Shown here: positions 38,894 through 52,192 of the stretch, piece after piece | Layout: the number at the start of each line of letters is the position of its first letter | Numbering within the stretch: the first letter of the stretch is position 1 | Assembly (NCBI GenBank): GCA_027604505.1 | Contig: JADIIX010000001.1 | Span: 186,001 to 250,000, forward strand | Direction: 5' to 3' | DNA length: 64,000 nucleotides | Source of the DNA: Gonapodya sp. JEL0774 | Taxonomy: Eukaryota | Made by a program: the position numbers and the translations under genes | Notes under the pieces: model-generated | Seen by the model: the letters and a program-made list of their open reading frames with translations, nothing else | Databases searched by the model: none | Told to the model about the DNA's origin: nothing

Positions 38894-41800
38894 ATGGCTC
38901 CTACAAATGTTGATTCCAATGGAGGACGCGGCAGGGCTTTGAAACAACACAAAAACGAAGAGGGTGCCAAACCGTTGGACATCACAGTCCGTCGTTTGGC
39001 CTCCAAGCAAGTGGACGCTACTCAGAAGACGGCAAACGGAGTTATGGGGTCTGATTCTTCAAGAGCAGCCGAGAATAGGGACTCGAACAGGGCCAAGTTC
39101 ATATTGCCCGAGTTCAAAGTCAAGGAAGTTCACAGTGATGGGCGCAGGGCTACTCTGTTGGAGGTACCTCAGACGAACGGTGAAGGAGATGATAATCTTC
39201 CCACGGTTGAAATCCTTGAAGAGGAGGAGGGTGCTGGAGTCAGCAAGATGTCCACTGTGGCATCGTCAACGAACGTTGGAAAAGCTGCTGGTGGAACCTC
39301 CACCCCCGTTGGCTCTCCCACACGGGGTGTCACTCCATCTCTCATTCCACGACCTTCCAAGTCATTTTACTCTACTCTAGCGCCGTCACATCCGCGGCCG
39401 CTTCGGACACCGGCTGACTATACTGAGGAGGAGAAACGCATGTTTGCTTTATTCGACCAGATAGCGGCTGAAGATGAATCCGAGGCTGAGGGGTTAGTGG
39501 AGAAGCAGCACTTTCTTATGAAAGGAGCAAATGGATATTCAGAGAAGGCGGGGGAATTTAATGAGCTGGACGACGACACAGCTTTCTTGAACGCTGGTCC
39601 GCACAAATCTCGGAGCCAAGAAGTGGGGGCAACATTCTCCGTACCTTTCATGACGTCAGGCCCTTCTCTTCAAAGTGGACGTAGTCTCAATGCAAGTGTG
39701 GACGTAGCACATATATCCTCTGCCTCACCTGCTGCGGATCCCACACGATCGCCAGCGCACAGTGCGGACTCAGGCCACTTTTCGGATACAGGATCAGATT
39801 TGGATCCGAGATCATCAAATGCTTCTGTGAACGGACCAAGCTCGCAAGACCCGACTGGGAAGTCGAAAACTAAGAAGAGACGGCGGAAAAAGAAGAAGGG
39901 AGGGGTGAACGCCAACGGGTTGCAAACCTCAGAATTAACCCTGCCGTCCGATCCCGCAAGGCCTTTTGGGAGTGTGTCTCAGCAACCGGATGTTCTCACC
40001 GCCGCGGAGATGTCGACGGCACCCATCCGAACGCCCGCGGATGTTTACGCTCGTATGAACAAAGTTGTGAACCACGCCAAGACAACAGGGATATGGCTTG
40101 AAATTGAACATGAGGCGCAAGCCGCTAATGGCACAGTGGAGCTCCTTGTGTCACGCGTAACCCCGACAAATGAGAACTCTATCATGAGTGTCAGCACAGC
40201 TGCTCTATCGGTGGCTAGTGTCCCGCCAGCACCAGCGACTCCTCCTCCCACTGATGCTTCTAGTTATACTCCTTCGTCTAGTCCATCTGTGTTAGAGAGT
40301 TCCAATGTAACCGCCCCGGCTATCCCATCGCTCACCGACAGCTCCAGTACTGTACCCACACAAAGAGTGGCCCCAAAGTCTATTCTGAAGAAGAGGCTGA
40401 AACCCATCAGCGATCCCAATCCGAACACCCCTGCTTTCCGCGGTCGCAATACGCGTGGACGCGGTCGGGGGAAGCACGGGAATCACCAACATGGTCCCCA
40501 CTTGAAGAGGGGTCCACAGAATCACAATCCAAGCGGTGGTCAAGATGGCAATGATGAAGCAGCTACTAGCGACGACCGCAAAGATCGTAAAACAGTACAT
40601 TTTGCCAAACCGCTTGAGCTGGGTCCAACTGGTTCTGAAACACCACGGATGATGGCTCTTACGAAGGGGGAGTGGCGGAGACGCGAGAAGGAACGGAAAA
40701 GACGGGAGGCGCTTGCAGCAGGGGCAGAATCGGGGGGTGGAGGCCGGAGGAGCTCGTTTTCGGAAGGCGAAACAACCGAAGCTTCTTCCGACGATGAAAG
40801 GAGGGTTATCATTGTTTCGGGGCCGGAAGGGTTTCCAGATGATGAGAACACGGACTCACTTGCCAAAAATGAAACCAGCAATGTCGCGGTTCTTTCCAAC
40901 CTCGTATCGGAGCATCCCCTTAAATCCATCGATGCTTCTGGTGTGGAACATATTCCGGATGGCCATCCAGTCCCGCGCGAAGTCACCTCCTCACCTCCAC
41001 CCTCAACGGGCGCCCTGCCGAATCACGCATCACCTACACGACCACCTTCCCGACCTGTCAACGAATCAGTGATAGAACGAGAGTGGACACGTGAGCAGCT
41101 TGATGCAGTTGTGGCAGAAGAGGTTGTGGATGAATTCGTGAGCGCTAGAGAGGTGAGCAGTTTGATTTTTAGCCATCAAGCTCCGGATGAAACATCCACC
41201 TGCTCTGTTCGCTTAGATTGCCCAAGAGTACGCACGTCTTGAGCGACGAATTTTTCCAGAGCGCTATGCTGTCCAATCTGATCAACCGGAAGAATCTGAA
41301 GATCTCGAGGAGCTTGCGCCTACTTCACCCGCTTCTCAGACTTCTGATGCCGATTTTGACGATGGTATAATTGCCTGGCGCAATGCGCAGCCCTTTCGTC
41401 GAGCATGGAGCGCAGGAGGTGACTATGGTAATCCTGGCGGAGATGACTCTGATGTGGAGGATGTAACTTTTGATGGTGGAAGTGAAAGCGAGGCCGATGA
41501 CCCCGCGTTGGAGGCTCTTCTCTTTGGTGGAGATGATGACGACTACGATGAAGACGATGGAGATGCTCCCCACACTCGCAATAAACCTACCTCCACAAAC
41601 CCGTTCTCTTACGTCCCACCATGGTATGCAACTGAGACGCGCCGCGGGGCTACACCTCAGGAAATCAAGAAAGAGCGGGAGAAAGCTCAAAATTTGCTGC
41701 GAAAGTTGGCTGCGGAAGCCCAAGCGAGCCAGTTGGAGCAAAGTGAAGGCGATACGAGCGCTTCTTCTCGTTCAGAAAGTCGCAGGACGTCATCCATGCG

Positions 41801-42726
41801 ATTCTTACCAACGAGGCCCAGTGGACTGATTGGAAGCAAAACTGGAAAGGGAATTACTTCAAACCGTGAATATATTCGTGTGTCGTCTTCAGCTTGTTCG
41901 GTCATTTAAACTCAAGACACATTTAGACACAGCACAGTCGCTTGAAGATCCATCAAATCGACCAACCGACAATTTTCCGTCGACAGAGTCGACAAATTTT
42001 GACACTGTGCCTGTTCCGATTGTGGCCGACCCTATGGCACCGGTTTCGCCCGCCTCTGTTGGTGTAGGCAAGTCGGTATCATCATCCCCCAATCCCACCC
42101 TCACCAACAACCTGGAGTTTCACTCTCCCAGTGAGATCATCAGCGAACGGGTGAACAGAGACAATCAGGCACTGGTTGGTCGCAAGACGTCAATTTTCAA
42201 GCAACGACGGGGGATGCACAATGAGGAATCCGATGCAGAAGCGCCTTCTCTTGTCGTAGACTCCTCTTTGAGTAGTGGCGCTGTCATTCCATCTTTGAAA
42301 GATGGTGGAGTGGCGAGCGGCGCACACATGCCAACACCAGGTACCAGGCAGACCGATACAGTGACACTGACATCTTTGGCTGCGTCACACCCGAACGTGA
42401 CGACGTATCAAAGTTTTGGTGCTCGAGAACCCTCGAAGACATCTGTTTGCACTATTCGGACACCTGCTGATATCGCCCAACACATGGGGGAAGCTCTGAA
42501 GGCACGAGAATCAGTAGCGACGCATGTGGGCGCAAAGGGGAGCTCATCCAGGATTTTGAACCCCTCGAATATAAATTCTGCGGTTGTCGTAGAACGGGAG
42601 ATCACTCAAAGGGAGGATGCGTTAACCGATACCAAACAAGCATTGGACACAACATTTAATCTATCAGAAACTACATTCAAGAAGATTTCAAAGTTCAAAC
42701 AAAGTAGAATAGCATCATCCACTTGA
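38894..42726 (+). CDS. URI1/Bud27-like (DUF3835-type C-terminus) large disordered protein
   Basis: LPTVEILEEE, IRTPADVY, PKSILKK, KTVHF (RVxF), ESVIERE, VVVERE and terminal KKISKFKQSR resemble URI/Bud27 motifs. Introns near 41153-41217 and 41850-41930. Confidence 0.65.
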
Positions 42727-42795
42727 TTAATACTCATGATATAGATGTAACACTCCAGTTGTAAATCAATGCACAGCACCACTCCGTCTTCAGCT

Positions 42796-43928
42796 TCAAC
42801 TAAGGGTTTCCTCCGATCGAGTGAGTTGTGTCGGCCATACCTTTGAGATGTGGCTAGCACCGGGAGAGTGTCTTGTCGCCGTTGACGACCTCCGAATCTT
42901 GATGAATCGAGAGTATTGAAGCGTTGTCATGTCATAAATATCTGAAGGGTAGATAGTTGTCAGCACGGGGTGCAAAGACTGGTGAGAAGGCGTGAGGAGA
43001 ACATGCATACATAGGCGGATGTGGAAGAACACTAGGTAGAGCAGAAATAAAGACGCTGAGAGGCACCAGATCGCATACATTGTGGTGAAGCAGATCTCAA
43101 TTGTCGCTGTTGTGTGGAGAGGGGAGGTACGTCTCACCATTAGCAATCAGACAATACGTCATTTCTCACATGTGGTCAGAGTTGCCGATGCAACGGCAAC
43201 GGTGGAGCACATTAGAAAGTAGATAGAACCGACACCAATACACAACAGAAACGAGCTCACAGAAATATTTTTTAGAGTGTGGAATTCGGAAATGCCACGC
43301 AGCAAACGCTCACCGGTAATTCTTTCGTCCCACGCACGAATTGACAAAATAGCAGTGGTGGTCCATGAAAGGAACACACTTGCCGCATTCTCGGCAGTGC
43401 ACTGAAGTATTCTGACTTTCCATTCCATGAACGATGTTTCCGCTTTAATTGCCTTCCTGTAACCGCACTGAAAGTAGATGATGAAGCTCACACGAAGGTG
43501 TTGCAGATCCTACAGAAAGAGTCCGTCTGTTTTGAGTTTGATGGAGTTCCAGTATCGGCTTCTACTTGAGTAGAAGGCATGCTCGTTTGGTGAGACTGTA
43601 TCGAGATTGACACGAGTGGCACTGTTCTGTGAACTCCGAAATCGCGTTCGCCTGGGTCGACGATCATGATGTAAAGATGAACTGAGACAAAAATCCCGCA
43701 CAAGCACCCCATCACATATTTGAAAGCTTCAAGTGGGACTGCTTTCACAAAGTACGAGAAGAGTCCGATCGTGGAAACAACCGTAGTGCACATTGCGACG
43801 CCTTGCCGAACGCTGTAAGGGGGAGAGAGTCCATTTCGTCGCCGCTTTCTTGGAATTGACGCCAGGAGAGGTATATCACGAGCTGCGTCAGAGTTTTCTT
43901 CATGAGGTGATATCTCTGTGCGGGTCAT
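42796..43928 (-). CDS. DHHC palmitoyl acyltransferase (ZDHHC1/11-like)
   Basis: [10 protein letters not shown] helices, [12 protein letters not shown], then an exon absent from the ORF track reading [28 protein letters not shown] (about 43315-43415); FFHIRL...MTTLQY. Confidence 0.9.
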
Positions 43929-44359
43929 GTGAGAAATGATGACCGAGAAAATGATGGGTGAAGGGACTGATGGTCCAACCCTGGTCAGCAGTGCCGGCCC
44001 ACACCGTCTAAGACAAACACGCAATTCTGAAAAAAAAACAGGTTGTGTACCTGCGCAATGCAACGTTAGCGCACACCGTCCTTTCAAAAAGGACTGATGT
44101 TTGCAAGACGAGGAAGTAAATAATAGACTTAGTTGAAAATCTGCACTCCTTCCAAAAAAAAAAGCCACGATTTGAACTTGGAAATGGTAGGTCAGTGCGA
44201 GACTAATGGAATGCTTCACAGTGATATGTGAGTTCGAGGGGACAACCTAACCTCTCGGAGGGAGCGGACAACGGCGGATCCAAAACCGTGAAACGACCGT
44301 TGCCCACACCCTCAAATTTACACCATCAGACACAGTTCAGCGGCGAACTTTTAACTCCT

Positions 44360-46535
44360 ATGCCACCCAAAGATTCGGCGTCTTCTCCGTCTGTGCTTTC
44401 GTTCTCCACCATCGCGATCCATGCAGATGCCCATCTTTCGCACCTGGATTCGCACCGCGACGTCGCACCGCCAATATCGGTCTCCACGACTTTTAGACAT
44501 GGCCCAAAGCACAACGATTGGCCGGCGAGAGACTCACTCCAGTCGAATCCGGACCCTCACGCTCCCTCAACTCATGTTTACTCAAGATATTCCTCTCCGA
44601 TTCGTGACAGGCTGGAGGTTGTTATCGCCGCTCTAGAGGCCGCATCCTCTCTCGATAAAACTGGAATTGTTCCTCCAAATGCGTACGCTGTTGTGTACGG
44701 TTCTGGTCTTACCGCAATCCAGGGAATGCTCACATACTACCAGCCCAAGCGGATCATCAAGTCCAGGGCTGGTTATTTCGGCTCGGAGGCAGCATCACAG
44801 ACCTACCAGTAGGTTTTTGTGAATGTTTTTATATTACACGCTTCTTTGGACACTTTCCTAAAACATCTCGATAAACCAGACGCGGTAGACCTGTCTCCAT
44901 CGTTTACCTCGACCAACTGGTCCAGTCTGACGGATCGTACGCCTACAACTCACTGCCAGGGGACCTTGTTCTTCTCGAGAGCCCCATCAACGCGACAAAT
45001 GACCTTGAAGGTGAGGAATAATCGTGGATTGCGCAGATTTTCCAAGATAAACGTCTTGCGCTTCGGGCGCAACACGAAAGAGTGTTTAGCAGCAATACCG
45101 TGACATTCATACGTTCGATACTCATCGCTGCTCTCCCTCAACGATATGACACCGTCATACTTCATCCCCCTACCCATGCCCAGACCTTTCATTCTGGGTG
45201 TCCCGCCGTGTTCCCGGCGCCTTTGTAGCAGTTGATTCTACGTTTGCGCCGCCTCCTCTGCAGTTTCCACTCAAGCATGGTACGTAGGAATACATTTGCT
45301 TTGCGCCATCGACATCCAAATGATTGGGGTGTCTCGTTGGGACGCTCAGTTTTTTGCTTTTTTGTGTTGTGCCTGAGTTTCTTTTCAAATGCCCGTGCTT
45401 GATACTCATTCTCACGTTCTATTGTGAACCATTTCGTGGTTTCGCGCACAATTCTATGCCATCTCCATTGGACTTATCGGTCCGAAGGCGTCGATATTGT
45501 TATGCATTCGACAACCAAATACATGGGAGGGCACTCGGATCTTTTGGGAGGAGTTTTGATTGTCAAGGAGTAAGTCGACCTTGATCCTGGTTCGCAAGGC
45601 CACCGTATCAGTATGTTCCGACTGATTCACTATCTCTCCTATTACTCACACACAATTGTTTACGTCTCGTTCTCTCATGAATCAGCCCTAAAGCTGCAAT
45701 TGGTGTACGTCGAATGATAATATTAGAGTCCGAATTGATCAAACTAATGTTCGATCATTTACCCTCATGCCCACAAACCTTCCATTAGCTTCGCAATGAC
45801 CGCTCCCTCAACGGTTGGCACCCCGGCTCCCTAGAATCACATCTCCTCCTCCGCTCCCTTCGCACTCTCCCACTCCGCGTCCTCCAACAATCCCGTACCG
45901 CCACCCGTATTGCACAGTGGTGGTCTGGTGCAGGGCCCGATGTGAGACCCGTGGACAGAAAAGCCCTCGCGACTGTGGAAAAAGTGTTCCATACGAGTGT
46001 GAAGGGAACCAGGGGACACGAACTGGCGAGCAAGTACATGGAGGGAGGCCATGCGGCGTGCTTTGCTGTTACAGTAAGTGCTCCAGGAGATATGTATCCG
46101 TGGTCCACGATTGGTACAACTCATTGTCGTGTTTCAACCCCATCCATCATCCCTGTCATTCATGATCCGTGGCTCAACCGTAGTTCAAGTCTCTTCACCA
46201 CGCCCGGCTCCTCGTCCAGCGCCTGCGCCTCTTTGCGAACGCGACTAGCTTGGGGGGCGTGGAGAGCTTAGTTGAGTGGAGGTATGCTGTCGGTGAGTAA
46301 TGGTTCATTTGCTGATACAGCCAGAAGAGGCACTCTTTTGCCTCCATATCCATTCTCAAAATCTTCACGCAACAACTTTTTGACCGCAGATCAATCCCAA
46401 CCCACAAATCTTATCCGGGTCTCGATCGGACTAGAGTCTTTTGAAGACCTCAGGGAGGACTTGAGGCTCGGCATGGAGAAGGTGGACCTTGAAGTGCAGG
46501 AACTGGAGAAAAGGGAGAAGAAGGCAAGTTTATGA
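44360..46535 (+). CDS. Cys/Met metabolism PLP-dependent enzyme (cystathionine gamma-synthase/lyase family, YHR112C-like)
   Basis: [47 protein letters not shown]-lysine motif [50 protein letters not shown]. Confidence 0.92.
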
Positions 46536-46804
46536 TTGTATTGCAGGGAAGGGAAGATCCTTGTATTTGGATGTAATCATACAATGGTCATGAAATCCTA
46601 AAGATAGAGTAGAATAAAAAAGGTGAAGTGTTCAAACTGCGTACTCATGAATGCAAGAAAATTGTATTGCTGTGTTGACTATCTGACATTGACAAGCAAA
46701 AGAATCTGTACACTTAAACCTTTCAAGTGCAACCTAAACTGAATCCCAGGTTTCGGGCGCTCGGGTCCACACGGAGGTGCTCGTGGAGCGTCGATGTTAC
46801 AAAC

Positions 46805-49800
46805 TTACAACTTAGCACTGCGAGGGTGCACAATCCGTATGAGGGTGGGAACAAGCCTGCAAGGAAATACAGGCGCGAGATAAGACAGGTCATCGTTCTC
46901 ACTTTGCGGAGCAGCACTTACTCAGGCTCCGACAAAGTGCTCAGATCGCCGAGCTCCTTCAAGCCGTCTCCTTGCTCAGTCCGCACCTCTCCGCTCGCAA
47001 TCTTCCGCAAAACCCGCCGAACAACCTTTCCACTGCGTGTTTTGGGGAGGTCTGGGACAATGAACTGAAAAGAAACCATGAGCAAATCGTACAGTGGAAG
47101 GCACGATTCACTTACGACATGTTTCGGTGCCGCGAATGGTCCCAAATGCGACCGTACGTGGTCAATAAACATTTGACGGTACTGTGCGGGGGTAGGTGGC
47201 TTCACACCTTCAAGGATATTGGCTGGTGAGAGGCTGTGCGATAACACTGAATGGCAAGGCCGACTCACCGGCGTAACGCGCCTCTCCTCCCCCCTCTTTA
47301 AGCACCACAAAGACGACACACGCTGAGCCAGTTACTTCATCGGGTACACCGACACCAGCAGATTCCGCTACGGATGGGTTGCTTTTGGAATGGCCACGGT
47401 TAGTATGACGACGAAGAACGTTCCCATGGTGAACCCACTTTGCGAGCGCCTCGTGGAATGTATAAGTTATGGTTGGAGGGTCCAGTGACAGAACAAGGAT
47501 ATCCAAAGCATAGTCATGAACAGATTGAGACAACGAAGTGCGCACGGAAGGAGGTGTTACTACTCACTGCTTCGATCTCACTTGTAGAAATGCGGTGGCC
47601 GGAAACCTACATTATGTTGCGTTTCGCCACAGAGTACTGAATCAAACAAGGTCAAGGAAGCCTTACATTGATCACGTCATCCACGCGGCCTCCAATGAAC
47701 TTGAAACAGGGGACGTTGCATCAGTTTGTAAAATCAAAAGCATTAACCACTTTCTCACATAGTAGCCGTCTTCATCCCTGGAGGTGGAGGTGTTTCAGGT
47801 GTGTTACATAATTCAATGTTACAACGCATCACCTCTGCATATTCTCACCTTCTTGCTGAATCACCCTGCCACGATGGGAATCACAGAAAATTAAATTTCT
47901 ACGATCAAAAAAAAGCTCACGCAATCACTCTCTGCTTTGGTCAACGTACCGTGAAGAAGTGCCCGGGGTAAGGTGCGAAGTAAGTCTCCCCGTATCTCGC
48001 ATGATTGCCTAAAACCGTCCGGGCCAGACTCGGCCATGCCGAGCGACCAACTCGAAATGTGAGCACGCCTTCCACCAGGATGATACAATCAATAAAATCC
48101 GGCAGGATCTGACACGATCAACTCACCTGAAACTCCGTTTCCAGTGATCTCCTTGCCTGTGCTGGCGTCGACCAAAGCCGCCTCGATTCCAAAAAAGGGC
48201 ATACCACATGACGCTGGCTTCATGGGAGTGGCACCCGGGATAGTCGTCATCACTATAGATCCAGTTTCGGATTCTGAGTGGAATTAATGGGGTGTGCACA
48301 AGTTCACGTGAAAGTAGAAATCGTCTATCCGCAGCAAGGTTTCTAGTTGATTGAAAGCTCACGCCAGTATGTGTCCACGAGCGCACACCGCTTGCCGCCC
48401 ACGACTTCGTAGAACCACATCCATGCGTCTTGTGAGATGGGTTCGCCCACAGATCCAAGCACGCGGAGAGTAGACAAGTTATACTATCATGCGAGAAGAT
48501 ATATGGTGTCCCATAAAAGCCACAAGTGAGTATAACATCTGCGTGGCGACAAGCCTCACTGTCTTCACAAACGAATCTCCAGCCTTCTTCAACGTCCGAA
48601 TCGCCGTCGGAGCGGTGTACAGCTGCGTCACGCGTTGTTCCTGACAAGTCCTCCACAATCTCCCTGCGTTCGGATACGTGGGGATACCTTCGAACAACAC
48701 CGTTGTGACGCCAAGACATAAGGGCGCATACGTCGTGTAGCTGTGTCCAGTCACCCATCCGACGTCAGCGGTGGAGAAGAAGACGTCGTTGGGATGGACG
48801 TCTGCATTTTTTTCAACAAATGGTGGTGAGAATGGGAGGTGATGGCGTACAAAAGTGCAGGATCATATGCGTACCAAAGATATATTTGAGCGAGACTGCT
48901 GACTGGAGGAGATACCCTGCCGTGGTGTGGATAAGGCCTTTTGGCTTGCCAGTGGAACCACTGGTATATAAGATGAAGAGCGGGTCCTCGGAAGAGACGG
49001 GAGTGGGGTCCACGTACTTGCAGAAACATTGCGTGGAACCACTTGAGAATCTATCAACTCTTAAAATTCATTCTACTCACGGGCCTTTGCCTGAATACAA
49101 CGTCACGGTACCAGAAATCTCTCCCGTGTCTCATCGGTAAACCTTCGGTTCCGGTTCGAGCAACCACAAGAACTTTCTCGATGCATCTACACTCCACGAG
49201 CGCATCATCGGCAATTTTTTTGAGGTTAAAGCGTTTTCCTCCACGAAAGCCTTGGTCTGGTTGGGCAAAGTCCAATCGAATGATGAGTAATGTTTGGGGG
49301 TTTAGCGAGTGATCCAGAGTGACAACCGACTCACCACAAGTGATGAGAACCCGAGCGTCACCATCAACGATTCGATCTCGAAGGGCATCCGAGCTAAATC
49401 CAGCGAAAACAACAATGTGCACAAGCCCAAGTCTAGCACAGGCAAGCATTGAGTACATCGCCTCTGGTAACATGGGGAGGTAAATAGCGACCCTTTGGGA
49501 ACCCGAGCAGCACGCAGATCAGAAGAGTGGGAAAGACGCGTATGCTCGCATCGTAACAGGTACTACTCACTTGTCACCTTTCTTCAAACCCCACTCGTGA
49601 AGGAGGTTGGCGAGTTTGGAAACTTCTGCGAGAAGCTGCGAGTAGCTGATATGCAGCGTGGCTCCGGGGGCATCTGGTTCCCAAATGATCGCAGTCTTGT
49701 CAGGATTGATGTGGGCGTGTCGATCAATGCAGTTGTACGACACGTTGAGCTGGCCTGAAAGAAACCACGAGTAACCAAAGTTTTGACGATCTCCGTAGGA

Positions 49801-49923
49801 GATGCGGCTGGGTTTTCTGTCCCAGGAGAGCACCTCTTCCGCGTGCTGCATCCAGAACTGCTCAGGGTTGGTGATTGACTTCTGGTACATCGTCTTGTAC
49901 CTGGAAAATGACGGGGGAGACAT
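46805..49923 (-). CDS. ACS: Acetyl-CoA synthetase (AMP-forming), many exons; spliced C-terminus ...HPRSAKL
   Basis: [84 protein letters not shown]. Confidence 0.96.
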
Positions 49924-50499
49924 GAAGTCATCCCTCCTTTCCCTGCTTGGCAAGTTAGTTGTACTAATCCGCAGCTCACTGATCGATTCCATTTATGTGT
50001 GGTGTCACTGGAAGACGCGGCACTGGGATTGAGATATCGCTCATTGCTGTAATAGTAAATGTAGGAGTGCAAGTCGGTGTTGGTGTTGGTGAACCTTTTC
50101 AGGGAGGTGACTGAGTCATGGCCGACGATCACAACATCACAATGGGACGAAGATCAGCGGAAGTTGCAATTTTTGGTTCAAACAAAACATAATATGATCG
50201 TTCATGAAAGAACTCGGACCCATTATGGTTTCAGCAGGTCAAAGAACTGCTGCTGTCACTGTCACTTCGCGTTTAAAACTGCGCCTGTCGAAATTACGTA
50301 CATTTGCTTCTTCACAAATTAATTGTTTTGCGACGTTGACAGTGAGTTCCGACTTTGGAGTCGGCATTGACACCGTCCGCAGGATACCGGCTGAAGTGAT
50401 CCGAAAATTCACATCGCACATCTGCAGAACGAGAAAAGCAAGCAACTTTCCCCGAACAAATCTGATATCTTCTTCACCCACTTGCAATCTGTTTGGGCG

Positions 50500-51518
50500 A
50501 TGACCATTAAGGTAACTATCGTGCCTTCCTTATAGTCTACTCAGAATTGCCACCCGAATCGGCTCACTTCAACCATGGCGTCATTCTACTCGTGAACCCG
50601 CGTGTAAAGGCAAAACTCGGTAGCCCGGTCTACTATGACTCAATCGGGTATGCTTTCTTGCCTGGTCGCACCGCGCTCACATTTGAGTTTCCCCACTCAA
50701 CCCATTCTCGTTCCGATCACTCCAACAGGCCGAATCCACGTCTGGTAAAGGCTTTCATGAAGGAGAAGGGAATCGTGCTCCCCACAGTTACGATTGACCT
50801 TCTGGCGGTGAGCAGAGGAAAATGCGATTCCGGTGGATGTCGTCACCTATCCACAGCTTCCACATTCTGATATTGGCACAGGGAGAAAATAGGCAAGCAG
50901 AATACCTTAAAAAGAACCCTGCTGGTCAAATGCCCTGCCTTGAAATCGACGTTGGCGTTTTCCTCGCGGAGGTCGTTCCCATCTGTGAGGTAAGCCTAAA
51001 ATTGTGAACATGGTCACCGCATGGCTTCCTTCTTTCTGTCTTGTTTCCTTTTTGTGAGGCGAGCTTGACGCTTCTTGCAATATCGTTCTTTCCCCCTTTT
51101 CAAGTATCTCAGCGAACTCTTCCCTGACGGTCCCGACCTCATTGGCAAAACTCCAGAGGAGCGAGCCATCACACGCATGTGGCTCCGCCGCATCGATTTC
51201 AGGCTCGACGGTCCTGTTATGAACGGGTTCCGATTCGCTGAGGGCTACGAACTCTTCAAGAATCGCGTACGGTGCATGCCACAGGCCTCCGACGACTTGA
51301 AGAAGCTCGCACAGGAAATGACCCTGTGGTTCGACGAACAGATGGCGGATGGCAGGAAATACATTGCCGGGGATAGGTTTACTCTCGCGGATCTTTGGCT
51401 GTACATTGTTCTGGACTTCGGAACCGGATTTGGGCAGGCGGTGAACCCAGAGGCCAAGAGGATTCACGAGTTCATGGCAATGATGAAGGAAAGGCCATCA
51501 ATCAAAGAAACAAACTAA
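50500..51518 (+). CDS. Glutathione S-transferase (GTT2-like / proteobacterial type)
   Basis: YDSIG|PNPRLVKAFMKEKG, GENRQAEYLKKNPAGQMPCLE, RMWLRRID, GDRFTLADL. The first exon and start codon are uncertain. Confidence 0.9.
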
Positions 51519-52192
51519 AGTTTGTCGTCCGGATCGGAGAGGTTTTGGCACTCGCGCGATCGGGTATAGGGGAAAATTTCAAGAGCTACCTTGTATGAAT
51601 AATCAAGTTTGGGACACTACTCTTTATTTGACCATCGCCACATATGTCTCCACTAACGACGTCACATCAGATCGCTGTTGTGCACAATCCACAGGCACAC
51701 ACAAAGTTGCACCAGTCAGAAAGGGTTCACACGTACCAAACTAAGTGCTTGATACAATATCATTGTCCACTCTGACACAGTCACCAAGTGTTTTCATCTG
51801 TCGCTTGTGGCTGGCTTTGAACAAGATCGAATCTGGATCGTTAGATCACGAACGCGGAATACCATGGAATACACGATTCACATATCGATCTGAACTGCAC
51901 CTGGCACAGTTCGTCACTTATTGATAATCCGTCTTATTCTTCCGATCCCGAAAATTGAGAAGAAGAGCCGAATCTTCGGAAATTTTCTCGCAAAACATTC
52001 TGTTACTTCTTCTCCCCTGTGCCACCGACAACAACATTTGTCGGCTCCCCAATTTCGCAGACCCCTTTATAAAGCCAGCAGATCCACTGCTTCAACAACC
52101 AATACCCGGATTCAATTCGCTTTCCTTGAAACAACTTGTAACTCTCTCCCAACTTACTCACTCTACCGAATACCGAATTTCCAACCAATATA

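Noticed and set aside
47494..47503. ATATCCTT (U12 AT-AC donor-like) on the minus strand within ACS
   Set aside because: It lies inside an ordinary GT-AG intron, and the protein reconstructs without using it.
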